Position numbers and translations under genes: made by a program. Of a stretch of 64,000 nt of DNA, positions 29,431-43,292 are shown piece after piece. Position 1 is the stretch's first letter. Every line of letters begins with the position of its first letter. The stretch spans positions 2,542,001 to 2,606,000 of the forward strand of contig NEEC01000002.1 in the NCBI GenBank assembly GCA_002189035.1. Reading direction: 5' to 3'. The notes beneath the pieces are model-generated. The model was not told the origin of the DNA. It did not search any database and worked only from the letters and a program-made list of their open reading frames with translations. This DNA comes from Utricularia gibba (Eukaryota > Plantae > Magnoliophyta).

Positions 29431-30938
29431 TTATTCTGCTCTGACTGCTCTGTGCATCATGATGAACCTTCCAATGTCAGCACCTTCCACATTTTGACTT
29501 ATCTGAGCTAAATGAGCCATTCGCCTTGCTGCTGAAACCGGGGTTCCCATCTGCTCTGGAGGCACTTCCTCTACTTCGTTTTCTGTAGCATCTGGATGCT
29601 CTGTAGGGGAGGTGCCTGCATTTGAAACCTCAACAATGTGCTTTAAAAGTTCAACCACCTGGCTCATCTTAGGTCTATCCTTTGCTGATTTTACGAGGCA
29701 GCTATCTGCTAGCTTTGATATTTTCTGAGCTGCAGTGAGTGAGTACTGGTTTTCAAGTCTGGGATCCACTATCTTGCTAAATTTCCTGCTCTCTGCTGGA
29801 TAATGCTTAACCCAATCCAATAGTCTCTGCTGTGATTTGGGAAGATTCCTTTCCATGGATCGTCTGCCTGTCAGAATCTCATACAAAACAACTCCGAAAC
29901 TCCAGACATCACTCTTTGAATTAAGATGCCCTGTTTTCACATAATCCGGTGCAGCATATCCGTATGTCCCAACTACCTGTAAAAGAAGCTCATTCATACA
30001 AATCCTGAATTAAAAGACAGTTTCCTGTTTAGAGATGAGTTCAAGATTACCGCAGTTGAGACATGCGTATCATCATCTTCCGGACCCTCCCTGGCAAGTC
30101 CAAAGTCTGAGAGCTTCGGCTTGAACTCCTCATCCAAGAGCACATTCGAGGACTTGAAATCTCTGTATATAACCTGAAAATTTCTCAAACAAAGGGGGCT
30201 CAAAGATTAGTACTATCTGAACATCCTAGAACTTACAGCTCTTTCTAGAGACAAACCTGGATCTCCAGCTCTTCGTGCAGGTATGCCAGTCCCTGAGCTG
30301 CTCCTAGCATTATTTGTAGTCTCTGGTCCCATGATAGAACTGGCTTTGAATCATTGAAAAGATGATCGTCCAAGCTTTTATTATGCATATATTCATACAC
30401 GAGCAGCCGCTGTATTCCCCTTTCCCCATCCACTGCACAGTATCCTATTAGTTTCACCACATTTGGATGGTCCGCAACTCCCAGTAACTGCACTTCTGTT
30501 ATCCATTGCTTATGCCCCTGTTCAGACAAAATCGTATGGAACAAATTCTCGTAGATTCCAAAACACAATTGAGTTACGGTGAAGTATGTGGCCTACCTGA
30601 TATCCACTTGCATTAAGCTTCTTGATTGCAACAATGGAAGGATGCCCGTTTTCCAGAATAGTTCCCTTGTACACACACCCAAACCCTCCTTCACCAATCT
30701 GAAGCATCCTCTGGAAATTACCCGTCGCTCTGCTCATCTCAGCGTATGTGAAAACCCTCAGATTCCGCGACTTTTCTTCGTACATCACCGGGATACCCCG
30801 GCTCGCCGTAGCGGCACCGGATGATCTGGTCGCTCTATTATCCTCCTCGACACCAGATTTGTTCTTCCTTTTCCCTACCGGATCCGTCTTGTGCACTCCC
30901 TGCCGAACCTTCTCCTTGAAAAGATGGAAACAACTCAT
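29431..30938 (-). CDS. Receptor-like cytoplasmic kinase of subfamily VII (PBL19/PCRK-like), 4 exons
   Basis: [10 protein letters not shown] start; [77 protein letters not shown]. Confidence 0.93.
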
Positions 30939-32440
30939 CTGCAGCCCAGATTCCTCGTCCTCGCACAGGAAGTTGATGGATTTCAAGAACCTTAGCTTTC
31001 GCTGTTCTACGGAGTTTCACCTGGAGACGCCATGGCTTGCACAACCACCCCTCGGTTTATGCTTGGGGGGTCTCGGCCGGGGTCCAAGCGTACCTTTCTT
31101 TCAACGCCGCGGATATTATTTCTACGGGTATTTTCGTCTTTTGTACTGATGGATTCGATTCTAGATATAATTTTTTAAGAAATTATTTAAAATTCGATCT
31201 CCTTTTTCCAATATAGGCATAGTCCTATATTATGACACATCATTCCACTTGTTCAACTCTATCCTGTAATAATTCTAAAAATACCAGAAAATATGAATAA
31301 ATGCTTCAAAATAAAGGGTGTGTGACGTGGGAGACAGCTTGCGCCTTTTTGGGAGTGTTTGCTCACTTACCTCGGTCTGTTGAATAAGCACTAGCACCTC
31401 CATGTTTGACATTTGGGTACGCGTTTATCCGTACATACCATCTAGATGGTCAAGATTGATTTTTTGACTGATTATTTTTTTCCTAAAAAAAAAAAGCAAC
31501 CCAATTTTGAGTCAATTATAGTTGGGAGGAACTTGATATCTTTCTCGTGATGAAGCGTTTTGATTAAGGATAACTATTTTGTCTCTATATGCAAAATTTA
31601 GAATTCTTGGACCAACTCTTCATTCTACAACTAGAATCAAGTTATATTTATTTCATTTTTTTGGTAGTTCTTATGTATTTGACTTGGTTATTACATTTGG
31701 TGTTTGTAAAATCTATTGATTTAGTTATTGTTATAAAATCTATAGTTTTTTTATGAATTAACATCAGTTTGCTATTATAACCTTGGTCCTTGGGTTACCA
31801 TAAAATTCATAAGGTGAACAACATTAAATGTGTTATGTTGCTTTTGTTTGGATTAAGAACAATTAGATCAAAACTATTAAATTCTATCATTTTCATATAA
31901 AAATCTTAAATTCAATCCTAACTTTCATCTCTAAGCTTATCTTTATCTATTTCTGAAAAATACTGACGTGGCATTTCTAGAAATAGGGTAGTTTTTTAGA
32001 AATCGATAAACGTGTTTCTTATTTTCTCATGAAATGGAAATGAGGAAAAATAATTTATTTTTTGGAAACGATTTAAAAATAAGATAAATTTAAATTATTT
32101 TAATATTATGATTTTCGAAAATGAATACAAACATAAAAGAAATTTAATAAAATAAAACTAATAACTCAATTTTCATAAATGACATGTTAGCATTTATATA
32201 AATTGATAAAGATGCTCTAATAACAAAATGATATCATAATTTCCATCTTCTTCATGATTTTTTTGTATTATTTATTTTTTTAAAGAAATGGTACACACAA
32301 ATTCTTTAATCCACACAGTGCTATGGCATATAAACATTCGCGGGCTGAGAAAGTGAGCACACCCCTGTATCGTCCGTCCATCAAGCTATGGATGCACAGT
32401 GTAAAATTTGTAAGAGGAAGATGATGAAGCAGTAAGGTCG

Positions 32441-34259
32441 TCATAGGGTAAAAGGCCTCGAGTACACGTCGAATGGATGGGAACACGTTAGTTGAGGCTC
32501 CTGCAACAACAAAAACAAGTCATCTTGCAATTGCTTTTCAAGAAATGGTGCAATATAGAAATGAGCATGCTACTCTGATGAGCATTGGTTACTGTGAATG
32601 TGTAAAATGTAGGAGTGGATGCATCAGTTGCTAAAGAAAAACCAGAGCATGGCAAGTAATTGGAGGGAGAGAGCATAGAAGCACCTGTCTTAAGCCACCC
32701 ATGCGTAAACTGCCTCCTGTGACGAGCATAGTCAAAAGAGATGTTACCATGGCACCACCGAGGTTAGGGGCTGAACCTCCGGCATCTCGAATTGCTGCCC
32801 GCATTGCATTTAACATGCTACCGTATGTGGTTGCATGGCCGCGATCAATGGCTTGAATGAAGCAGAAAGTCATGGCTCCAGTTGAAGTGATTTTCGACAG
32901 TGCCTGTAATACAGCAGTGTTCAGATGCTATGGGAAACGAAAGATATGTTGATAACTCATTGCTTACAGATGTGTCTGCTGAAGTCTGATCATCATCACA
33001 GCCGCTGAAAGAAATTACTTCTCCACCATTTGTACCTTTCCACATACCTGATCGAGGTCGATGATCCTCCCATGCATACTGTCCACTCCTGTTTTCAGTA
33101 AACAAAGTTCACTCTTGGGGGAAACAAAAACACAGGAGAGTATTCAATTGCAAACAGTTTTGAAGCTCACCAATTCATTCTGCAAAGGAAGGGCAAATCA
33201 AGAACTGTTCCGCTGTGACAAGCGTCTACTATGGCATGAAGCTTGACACCAGCAGGGAGAGGCCTGACAATAGTTGCATTAATCTCATCATCTACAAGCA
33301 TACCCTGTGTTTCAAAGTCAAGAGGACACAGAGTTTCATCATATCCATCGACCTCGTCTCCATTATAGTTCCTTTGTCTTGAACCATGACCCGAGTAGTG
33401 AAACACCAAAGAATCACCTGGCTGGCATCCTTGGACAAGCCAATACAACGCCATACGCATGTTTTGTTTGGTTGGAATTCTATAGGGGTCAGTTTCTTCT
33501 TCTGCATTTAGATCTCTTTTTCACATCAGCATGAATATGAAACACATGCCTTGAAAAATAGCCATCAATCGTTCTCAGTGTATGCTACTTGATATTCTAC
33601 ATGAAAATTACAGCGTCTTTTACCAATAGATTAGGCAGATTCCACAACTCTCACTATGTTACAAAGAAGCCTCAACCTGATGAAGAATTCAAATCTACCA
33701 GAAGATACAACCCTTACATCTATTCATAATTCATGTACATGCTTTAGGGCCAGTCTAGTTCACATACACACTAAGCCCATCCCTTTTCATGAAAAAAATT
33801 TTTCAAGTCAATTTCCAAAACGCAAATCATGATGCTTGACAGCACAAACATGTCTTACTAAATAAAATTCATCGCCAAAAATGTCAGTGATCCTTTTCTC
33901 TTACCCGTTAGCATGAGTATAGATGATTCTGGAAATCGAAACTTGTTGATGAGAAGATACCTCATGCACTTGGCATCATTAATGCATCCTTTCAGTTGAT
34001 AGCTAGAGAATCTATAAGATATGGCGACAATCAGAGCTTTCTTGTTGCCTTGAGAACTGGGTGGGGCCCCATGGGGAGCATGGAAGAGAGGCGACGGAGG
34101 AATCGGCGGTCCGGGATGGGACCCCCCATGCCAAAGTGGCGCGTCGCGTGGATCTGTTATGCGCGTTACGGCACGACAAATGGCGCATCGGATTGAGGTC
34201 GCCGCCGGGGGCAGCTGCAATGGGGTGCGGCAATTGGAGCAGTTCACCAGCATGTACAT
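32441..34259 (-). CDS. MC1: Type I metacaspase 1 with LSD1-type zinc finger and Pro-rich prodomain, 5 exons
   Basis: MYMLVNCSNCRTPLQLPPAATSIRCAIC; catalytic HYSGHG and DACHSG motifs; last exon EPQLTCSHPFDVYSRPFTL*. Confidence 0.95.
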
Positions 34260-34912
34260 CACGAAGCTCGCCGGTGACTTTTTTGAAACTTGATCGGAAA
34301 ACCCAAAGGAATTTAGACGAATCACCGTGGATGAAACGCCACTTTCCCAACGTTGAAGAGTTATAAGGCCGAGAAGGCGAGTCCCGAAAAAGACGTTATT
34401 ACCCTCAGCTCGCTTGGGATATCCTCCTGCCTTGTGGCGGCTGTCGGACATTTTACATGGCCTTGAAACTCGAGCAGTTCATTCAATTTAAGTTCCATGC
34501 ACCCTTCCACATCATCATTTGAGATGAACGTTAGAATCAAATAAGGAAAACATGAGTTATCACAAACAATATGTGAATTGACTTTGATGAGGTATTTAAT
34601 TAATGTTTGAATTTTTTAAAAAATAAATTTCAGATTTAATGTAAAAAGCAACATTTCAAAAGTATTTTATTTTCAAAAAATCTGAAATTTGAAAAAAAAT
34701 TTAAACATGATTGATGAGTTAGATTAGAGTTTGGTGATCATTTGATTGATGAATTTGAATTATATGAGTTGGGTATTTTATATATAAATTACTAATTTTT
34801 ACACATATATATATATATATACTCTACTGTTTTTTTTTCCTGATTCAGGTCTTAATTCCTATTTCCAGTATGTTTCCTTCCCCTTTTGCCTACCTACAAG
34901 AACAAGGATTTA

Positions 34913-34972
34913 TGCATTCCAATTTTTTGAAGAACATCATTTCTGCATTCCAATTTTTGAAGAACATCATTT
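34913..34972 (+). repeat. Two near-identical ~30-bp tandem copies
   Basis: TGCATTCCAATTTTTTGAAGAACATCATTT followed by TGCATTCCAATTTTTGAAGAACATCATTT (one T fewer). Confidence 0.85.
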
Positions 34973-35551
34973 ATTTAATGTCTGCCTAACTGCAATGATT
35001 TAAGTTTTTTTTAACAGAGATTCCTAAGCCAGAGAAAAATGTAAAAAATGCGATGAGAATTCTTTTTAAAACCATATGTCAAATAGATTGAGAAAATACT
35101 CAAAAAAGACCACATAACAAGACATATTTATCTTTATAACAAAACAAAAGTAAAAAGTTGACTACAAATCAACTATATGTATTTTTTCCTAAATCCAATT
35201 ATCTCAACCATATACCCATGAGCCAACCGCATCTTTAGCCTGATGAAAATCTCAGCATTTTAAACTAAAAGTTTGACTGAATGCAGATATGAACCAAAGG
35301 GGGTGTTTGGAGAACATATGGCAAATACTCGTCAACAAGAAAGAATGAAAATATTAAAAGGCCTGGGAACTTTGGGAGTAAAACCTGCACGGTGTGTGCT
35401 CAAGAAATGATCATCGATACATTTGGCAAACATGGCAACTCAGTAAGCCGCGTGGCTAGTCTACAACTTTTAAACTGAAGCAGCCAGATGAGCACCTTTT
35501 ACATGTAGTAGTAGAATCACAGATTGCAGGCGTTTTATATCACCTTGATCT

Positions 35552-37339
<1,788 letters not shown>

Positions 37340-37760
37340 GTTTGGGCTGAATCCCAAAATCCACAGCCTGCCCTAAAAACAAACAGCCATCGACGCACAA
37401 TCAAATCGAGGCGAACGCAGTTAAAATCGCCACCACTAGTATGTTGAAAGAAGTCTAGGGTTCTTTTCTATTACAAAGAACAAGAATTATAAAAAATAAT
37501 AATAATAATAATAATAGCAGTAATACCAATATTTTAACATTTTGATAAATACTATTGCACTTTATTATCTTAATTTTGATTTTCAACATATAAATACTTT
37601 ATAGTAATATTTTAAAATTGGATTCAATCTATTTTTTGATTTGTTCATGATTTTAAAATATAAAAATAATACAAAAATTAAAAAAAAATTATTTTAAATC
37701 TTATATTTTTTTTAAATCTAAATTCCACATTAAGTAAGACAACTTTGATGAATTGTTTAT

Positions 37761-37830
37761 AAAAATACTCATCTTCACTTTTTCTCTTACACATTACGTA
37801 GAAAAAAATACATATAAGATGAGTATTTTT
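37761..37830. repeat. 15-bp perfect inverted repeat in an AT-rich intergenic tract
   Basis: AAAAATACTCATCTT (37761-37775) and AAGATGAGTATTTTT (37816-37830), 40-nt spacer. Confidence 0.7.
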
Positions 37831-38300
37831 TTTACAAACTAATTTTACTGTGGTTATTTTTTTAAAAAAACCCCAACTTTGATATATTGTTTTTTATCAT
37901 TCTAAAATATAACAATATTGTGGAAAATTTTTAAAAACTGTTTTTATTTTTTAAAAATAAAATTAAAAATTAAAAATAAACAACTAACTACTTTTTTAAA
38001 AATAATTTTTATAGTTATAATTTTAAAAATGTTTTTAATAAAATTATTTTTATAATTAAAATTATTTTTATTTATTAAAAATAAAAATAATAAAAATAGG
38101 TTTTAAAAATTTTTCGAAACACTTATGATGTGTTTTGAATGTCAACGGTCTGTCTTTGCAGAATTCTCACCAGATTTTGTTGGGTATTTTTCATGAATTC
38201 CATTACCCGACTACGTAAATTGCTTACACGGTGGAATCAATGGCATCCATCATCCAGTGCTCCAACAGCATGCTTCTTCTACAGGTTATCATGACAAGAA

Positions 38301-41300
38301 TCAGCATCCTGGCCAGCCTCTGCGCCTTATTTCTGGGTCCTTGTGGCTCCCATGCACGAACACCTTGGGTACTTTTTCCTGAAACAGAAGACGAATAACA
38401 AGGCTTGTTGTATGCAGAGGAACGACCGAGGGGATACAATGTGAGCGCATACCAGCTGCAACACAGGAGGGAATCCAATGTGAACGCCAATCCTGGAAAA
38501 CCCCTTTACGCTCAAAAGACACTCGTAGCCGTCGATCATTGGATGCTCGCTGTTAGAGTATGTGTGAGTGCATCCAATCAATAGCCAGGGAGCCGGGTCT
38601 CTATCTGATAAATAGTTCAGGTGGGGAAAGTTACCTGAGCAGGTATGTGAAATTCCTTTTCTGGAATTCTGACAGAGGGAAGTTTTCTTCTTTCGAGTAC
38701 CTGAAGAAGAGGTACAGCCAATGTAGTGGAATGTGAGAAAGAAACGGGAGAGACTTGGGATGAATATAAACCAGAAAAGAAAACAGTTTCTAACTGCAAC
38801 AACACCTATACCTCCATGGTTGAGGACTTTCACAGAAACGGGAGATCCCATTCATGGCAGAGAATGTGTCGATGTGGACCCGTGTTTCTTTCGAGTCATC
38901 TAGATGCCCTGTGAGAAAAGAAGTCTCCGTCCATGTTTTCAAGTAATGCAAGAACAAGGGGAAGGTGAAATAAAGGGCAAAAAAAAGAGGTTGCTCACCC
39001 AGACGATGCAGAGCGGTGAGGGCGTGACCACTGGGATAGTTCTCATGCGAGGCCATTGCCATTATAGCAGTACATCCTAGACTACACAAGGCACATGTCA
39101 GAAGCACAGTGGCTGGTGACAACTTAGCTTTTCATTGTAGAATTAAGCCCATGAAAAGAACTGCTAACCAATGAAAACACATGATAACCTGATCAAGAAG
39201 AACCCCAGCATGGAAATGTAAACAACTCGCCACCATCTCTTCTTTCTGTTGTTGTATCTGGAAAAACATAGGAAAATATCAAAACATAGGAAATATAACA
39301 GCAGATACGTGAAACTAACTACGAAGATTGATAGAGTGTACATTCTGCTAGCAGCCACGGCAGCTGATAAGTTGAAGATTGGCACAGAAACGATGATGAA
39401 GCGAAGTTCCTGCAATGCATGTCAACGTTAAGCTTCTAGTGCAGTAAACAAACTCAGGCCTTGAAGGCACGCATACCTTGTGTGGAAGTTTCGAATAAAG
39501 CAACACAAATGCTACAACAGGTATAACATACATTCGAACCCTTTTCTCAAGGATGAAACCGATCTGTGGAAAATATAAGGCTCAGAAGTCACAGGTAAAT
39601 GACACCTCCAGCAACTAGTGACACTAAGACTTACCAAAAACAGCGGATATGCAGACAACAGGCAACGTGGCAAGGCTGAAGTGAAATACCAGTGGAAAGG
39701 ATGTGTCTAGAGAGATAATAGTAAGGAACATACGCAGTCCCGAAAATGGTTACGTATTTGCAGAACAAAGGAAAAAGTAGTTCAAAAAGAAATGAACAAT
39801 AAGTTGACATTCTCTAGAACTTGAGTCCATACATCCCATTGACAAACATAAAGTTAACAGTTCCAGAGCATCTGGGGCTGTTAGCAATTCACATGTAATA
39901 CAAGAAAATCAATAGGATACACCCCATTCAGAACTTCTGTTCAGAACTGAATTGAACCAAAAAACTTCTAGTTCAGGCCATAACAACCTCTTCCAAAGGG
40001 TTGAATCTACCACACTGGTTAGACCTGTAGCGTTAAAGAGTTACAGCAACCTATTATGATAAATTATTTAAAAAAAATCTTGGAGAAACAGACCAATGGC
40101 TAGAAATGAAGCAACAGCAGACGAAGCTATAGCTTGATGCAACGAAATGGATCCATTCTGCAACATAGTTTTCAACAAAAATTCATCAGGTATGTACGCC
40201 ATTCGAGAAATGACTGTCATCCAAAAGAATTCGAATGCTTGAATACTGTTGTCCAAAACATCAGTAATCTTAGCTGCCTCTAGAGAATGCCAATATCAGC
40301 ATGCATACATTATATGAACAGGTATATGCATGGCAAGCAACAGAGTGAAACAAAGTCTTCTGTACTTTGCTCAATGATTTCGATAGCAACCACAACTCAT
40401 ACCAGCAAAAGGAGAAGTCCCAGAGGTGCAATCAGCAACAACATGTCACATCTGAAGATGAGAGTTGCGAAAACCTGATTCAAATATGGAAAACCCAGTC
40501 ATCAGAAAATTTTGGCACTATCCAATGAACGATTTCAGAAATAGAAGAGCCTAAATACACGATCCCTATCCATAAAATGAAAATATGCGGGTGAAAATTC
40601 TAAAAAATTCAAAACGAGGTGACTTGGTCGTGACAGCATGTTGTAGAAATAAGGGATGGCATGCTCTAGTGAACTAATCAATGGCACCTTGAAAACCTAC
40701 CAGTGATCTTAATGCTGCATAAAACCTTTGCTCCAACCAGTATCTGTATGCCAAGTTAACTGAAAACACAAACCGAACAAAAATCAATCATAGCAAACAC
40801 AACAAAAAAAAATGCGTGACAACCAAAGAATTGGAAATGAAAAAACTCATCCGTAAGTGGTTTTAAATCAAATCATTTTCACCATTATATGACTTGATCT
40901 AACTCTTTGTATCATGATCTTTTTGGGTTCACTTAAAAGGGTCATCATTTTTTTTGAATGATATGGCAGATTGCACGCTATGAGCATAATAAAAAAGACA
41001 AATAAAAGAAATCAACATTGTAAAATGGTGAATCTAGTAAAATAATCTTACCAAGGGCAAATGCCAATATGTTGGGAAGAGGTCTTGTACAATAAAACAG
41101 CAAGTGAAACTGAAGTGCCGTCAGTATAACAAAAAATGCTTCAACTTGAGATCCAAAATTCTTCCAGATCTGGTCAAGAAAATGTATGCATCAACACATG
41201 ATAAAGGTCATGTGTGATTCACTCTAAAGCTCATATGAAACATGGAAAAAGAAGAAAGAAATTCTAGAAGACCAGTATTCACAGGGAAAACATGATTGAA

Positions 41301-42620
41301 TTCATGTAGTAAACACAATAAATTTCATCGTGAACAATATTTTTCTAGGAGACAATTGAATATGATATCACAAGCTTTGCAATTTCAAAATGGAGGCAAC
41401 CAAATCATTGTAGAGTACATGTCTTAAGTATTATTCACAACCATCAAGAATGATAAATATGAACATGAAAAGGCAAAAGGATTTAAGGATAAACCTGAAC
41501 ACGAAAGGATCGCAATGTAGATAAAATGAGGAAACCTAGAACCAGACGGACTGTACAAAACAATGGAAAGTGAATAGAAATCAGAAAAAAGTAAATACAG
41601 AAAGTTCTAGAAGAGTCCTGGTATGAGTAAGTCGGGGAATTATACTATCCATGAAACACATTTACCTGAATAAAGACTGTAGATCTTTGGCAATCTTAAT
41701 AAATTTCCTATAATTACAAATGGAGAAGCTAAAATGGATACGAGTAAGGAACCTGCAACAAAGCAACCTTTTAGGGAGTTGAGCAATTGTCACATCATAT
41801 ACCTCCAATCTGCTAAAAGCATTTCCCGAGGGCAAATATTATTTTATACAACAAGCTGCAGACCTGGAACCTTTACGGATAATATCACAAAAAATTCAAA
41901 ATAATGTTCATCGTCCACAGGTGAAAGATTCCATTTAGGTAATTTTGAAAGCTTGAAAAAGTTGATTTCACTTTCACTACTTCCAATAGTTTCTGTTCAA
42001 GACTACTTGGAAACACTGCAATACTTGAGGTTCGCTCTCAGTTTATTGAAGCTGTCTCAAAACAATCTAGATAACACTTCTTACCAATAAATGTACGAGG
42101 AACCACTCCAGGAAATTCCAAATGATCATACTAAACCCAAAAAAAAAAAGTAAAATTAAAATCAAAAGATTACTAAATCTGAAAAAGCGGGTTGAGCCAA
42201 AGACGGTTTTTACCTTATCAAAATTGAGTCGATGATACAAAATGTCGTGCATTGCCTGAAGAATGAAACAGGGAATAAATTAAAAGCAACAGATGCCGCA
42301 CATCTCCCTTAACTAAAGAATCCAAAGCTTAAGATCAGGAAACAAAAAAAGAGCAGATCTTTCAATCACAATCGCCAAGACAATACAGAGTATTACAAAT
42401 CCAACCTGAATATTAAAGCTTTCTTCAACCTTGGTGTAAGGTGCCAGGAAAACATAAAAGATAGCAATTGAACCCAGTAAAATATCGTAACCTGAAACAC
42501 CCATCAAGCAGTCGAATTCGACGACTGTTCTCAGCACTGATAGAAATGATAGGTTCTTCAATAAACGGAATCACACATCACAATACCGGAAGGACGAAGG
42601 AATGCTAAGCTCAGAGCCAT
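38301..42620 (-). CDS. ALG12: Dol-P-Man:Man7GlcNAc2-PP-Dol alpha-1,6-mannosyltransferase (EBS4), about 20 exons
   Basis: [98 protein letters not shown], ending RRRGWPGC*; exon chain traced in frame. Confidence 0.95.
39707..39920 (-). other. Probable degenerate U12-type GT-AG intron in ALG12
   Basis: 5' site GTATCCTA (1 mismatch to GTATCCTT); TTCCTTAC at 39728-39721, about 14 nt before the 3' end. Confidence 0.55.
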
Positions 42621-43292
42621 TCTTGAGACAAATATCGCAAAATCGTTCAAACTCAGCAACGATTATCAGCTACCGCCATCCAGGTATTCATCCCCCTAAC
42701 TACGAACATTATGAATTCCGTAAATACTACTTTTTATCTTTGAAAAAAAAAATCCCAAATATTCTAAAAAACAAAGAAAACATCTCCAAACCGGAATGAT
42801 TGATTTAATTTGCAATTAAGGGCTTATTCTGTATACATTTTCCAATTGTATTCTTATTTTACAGAATGAGATTGTAAAAACAAATAGAACAAAAATACTT
42901 TTTAATTATTCATTCTTATACAATTTAAATTCCCATTCTTAAAAAATGTACTATAAACTCATAATGTAAAAACAATCTTTCTCATTTTCCTCATTCTTAT
43001 TCTTAATAAAATGAGATTGTAAAATGTAGAATATGTGCAGAACATACCCTAATACTTGATATTATTAGAAAATATATTTTCGATGTGATTATAATAGATA
43101 TATATATATATATATATAATATTTTTTTAAGTGATGATATAAGGAATGTGAAGCAAGTGACAAAGCCAGTCAAGTGTATTTCTCCAATTTCACCAAGGGG
43201 GCACAACTTGTAGTAAAACATGCCTATCAGGCAGCACTGGTGAACATGTTGGGACAACTTGAAGACCTCTCCAGAGGAAGCAACAAAACGCA

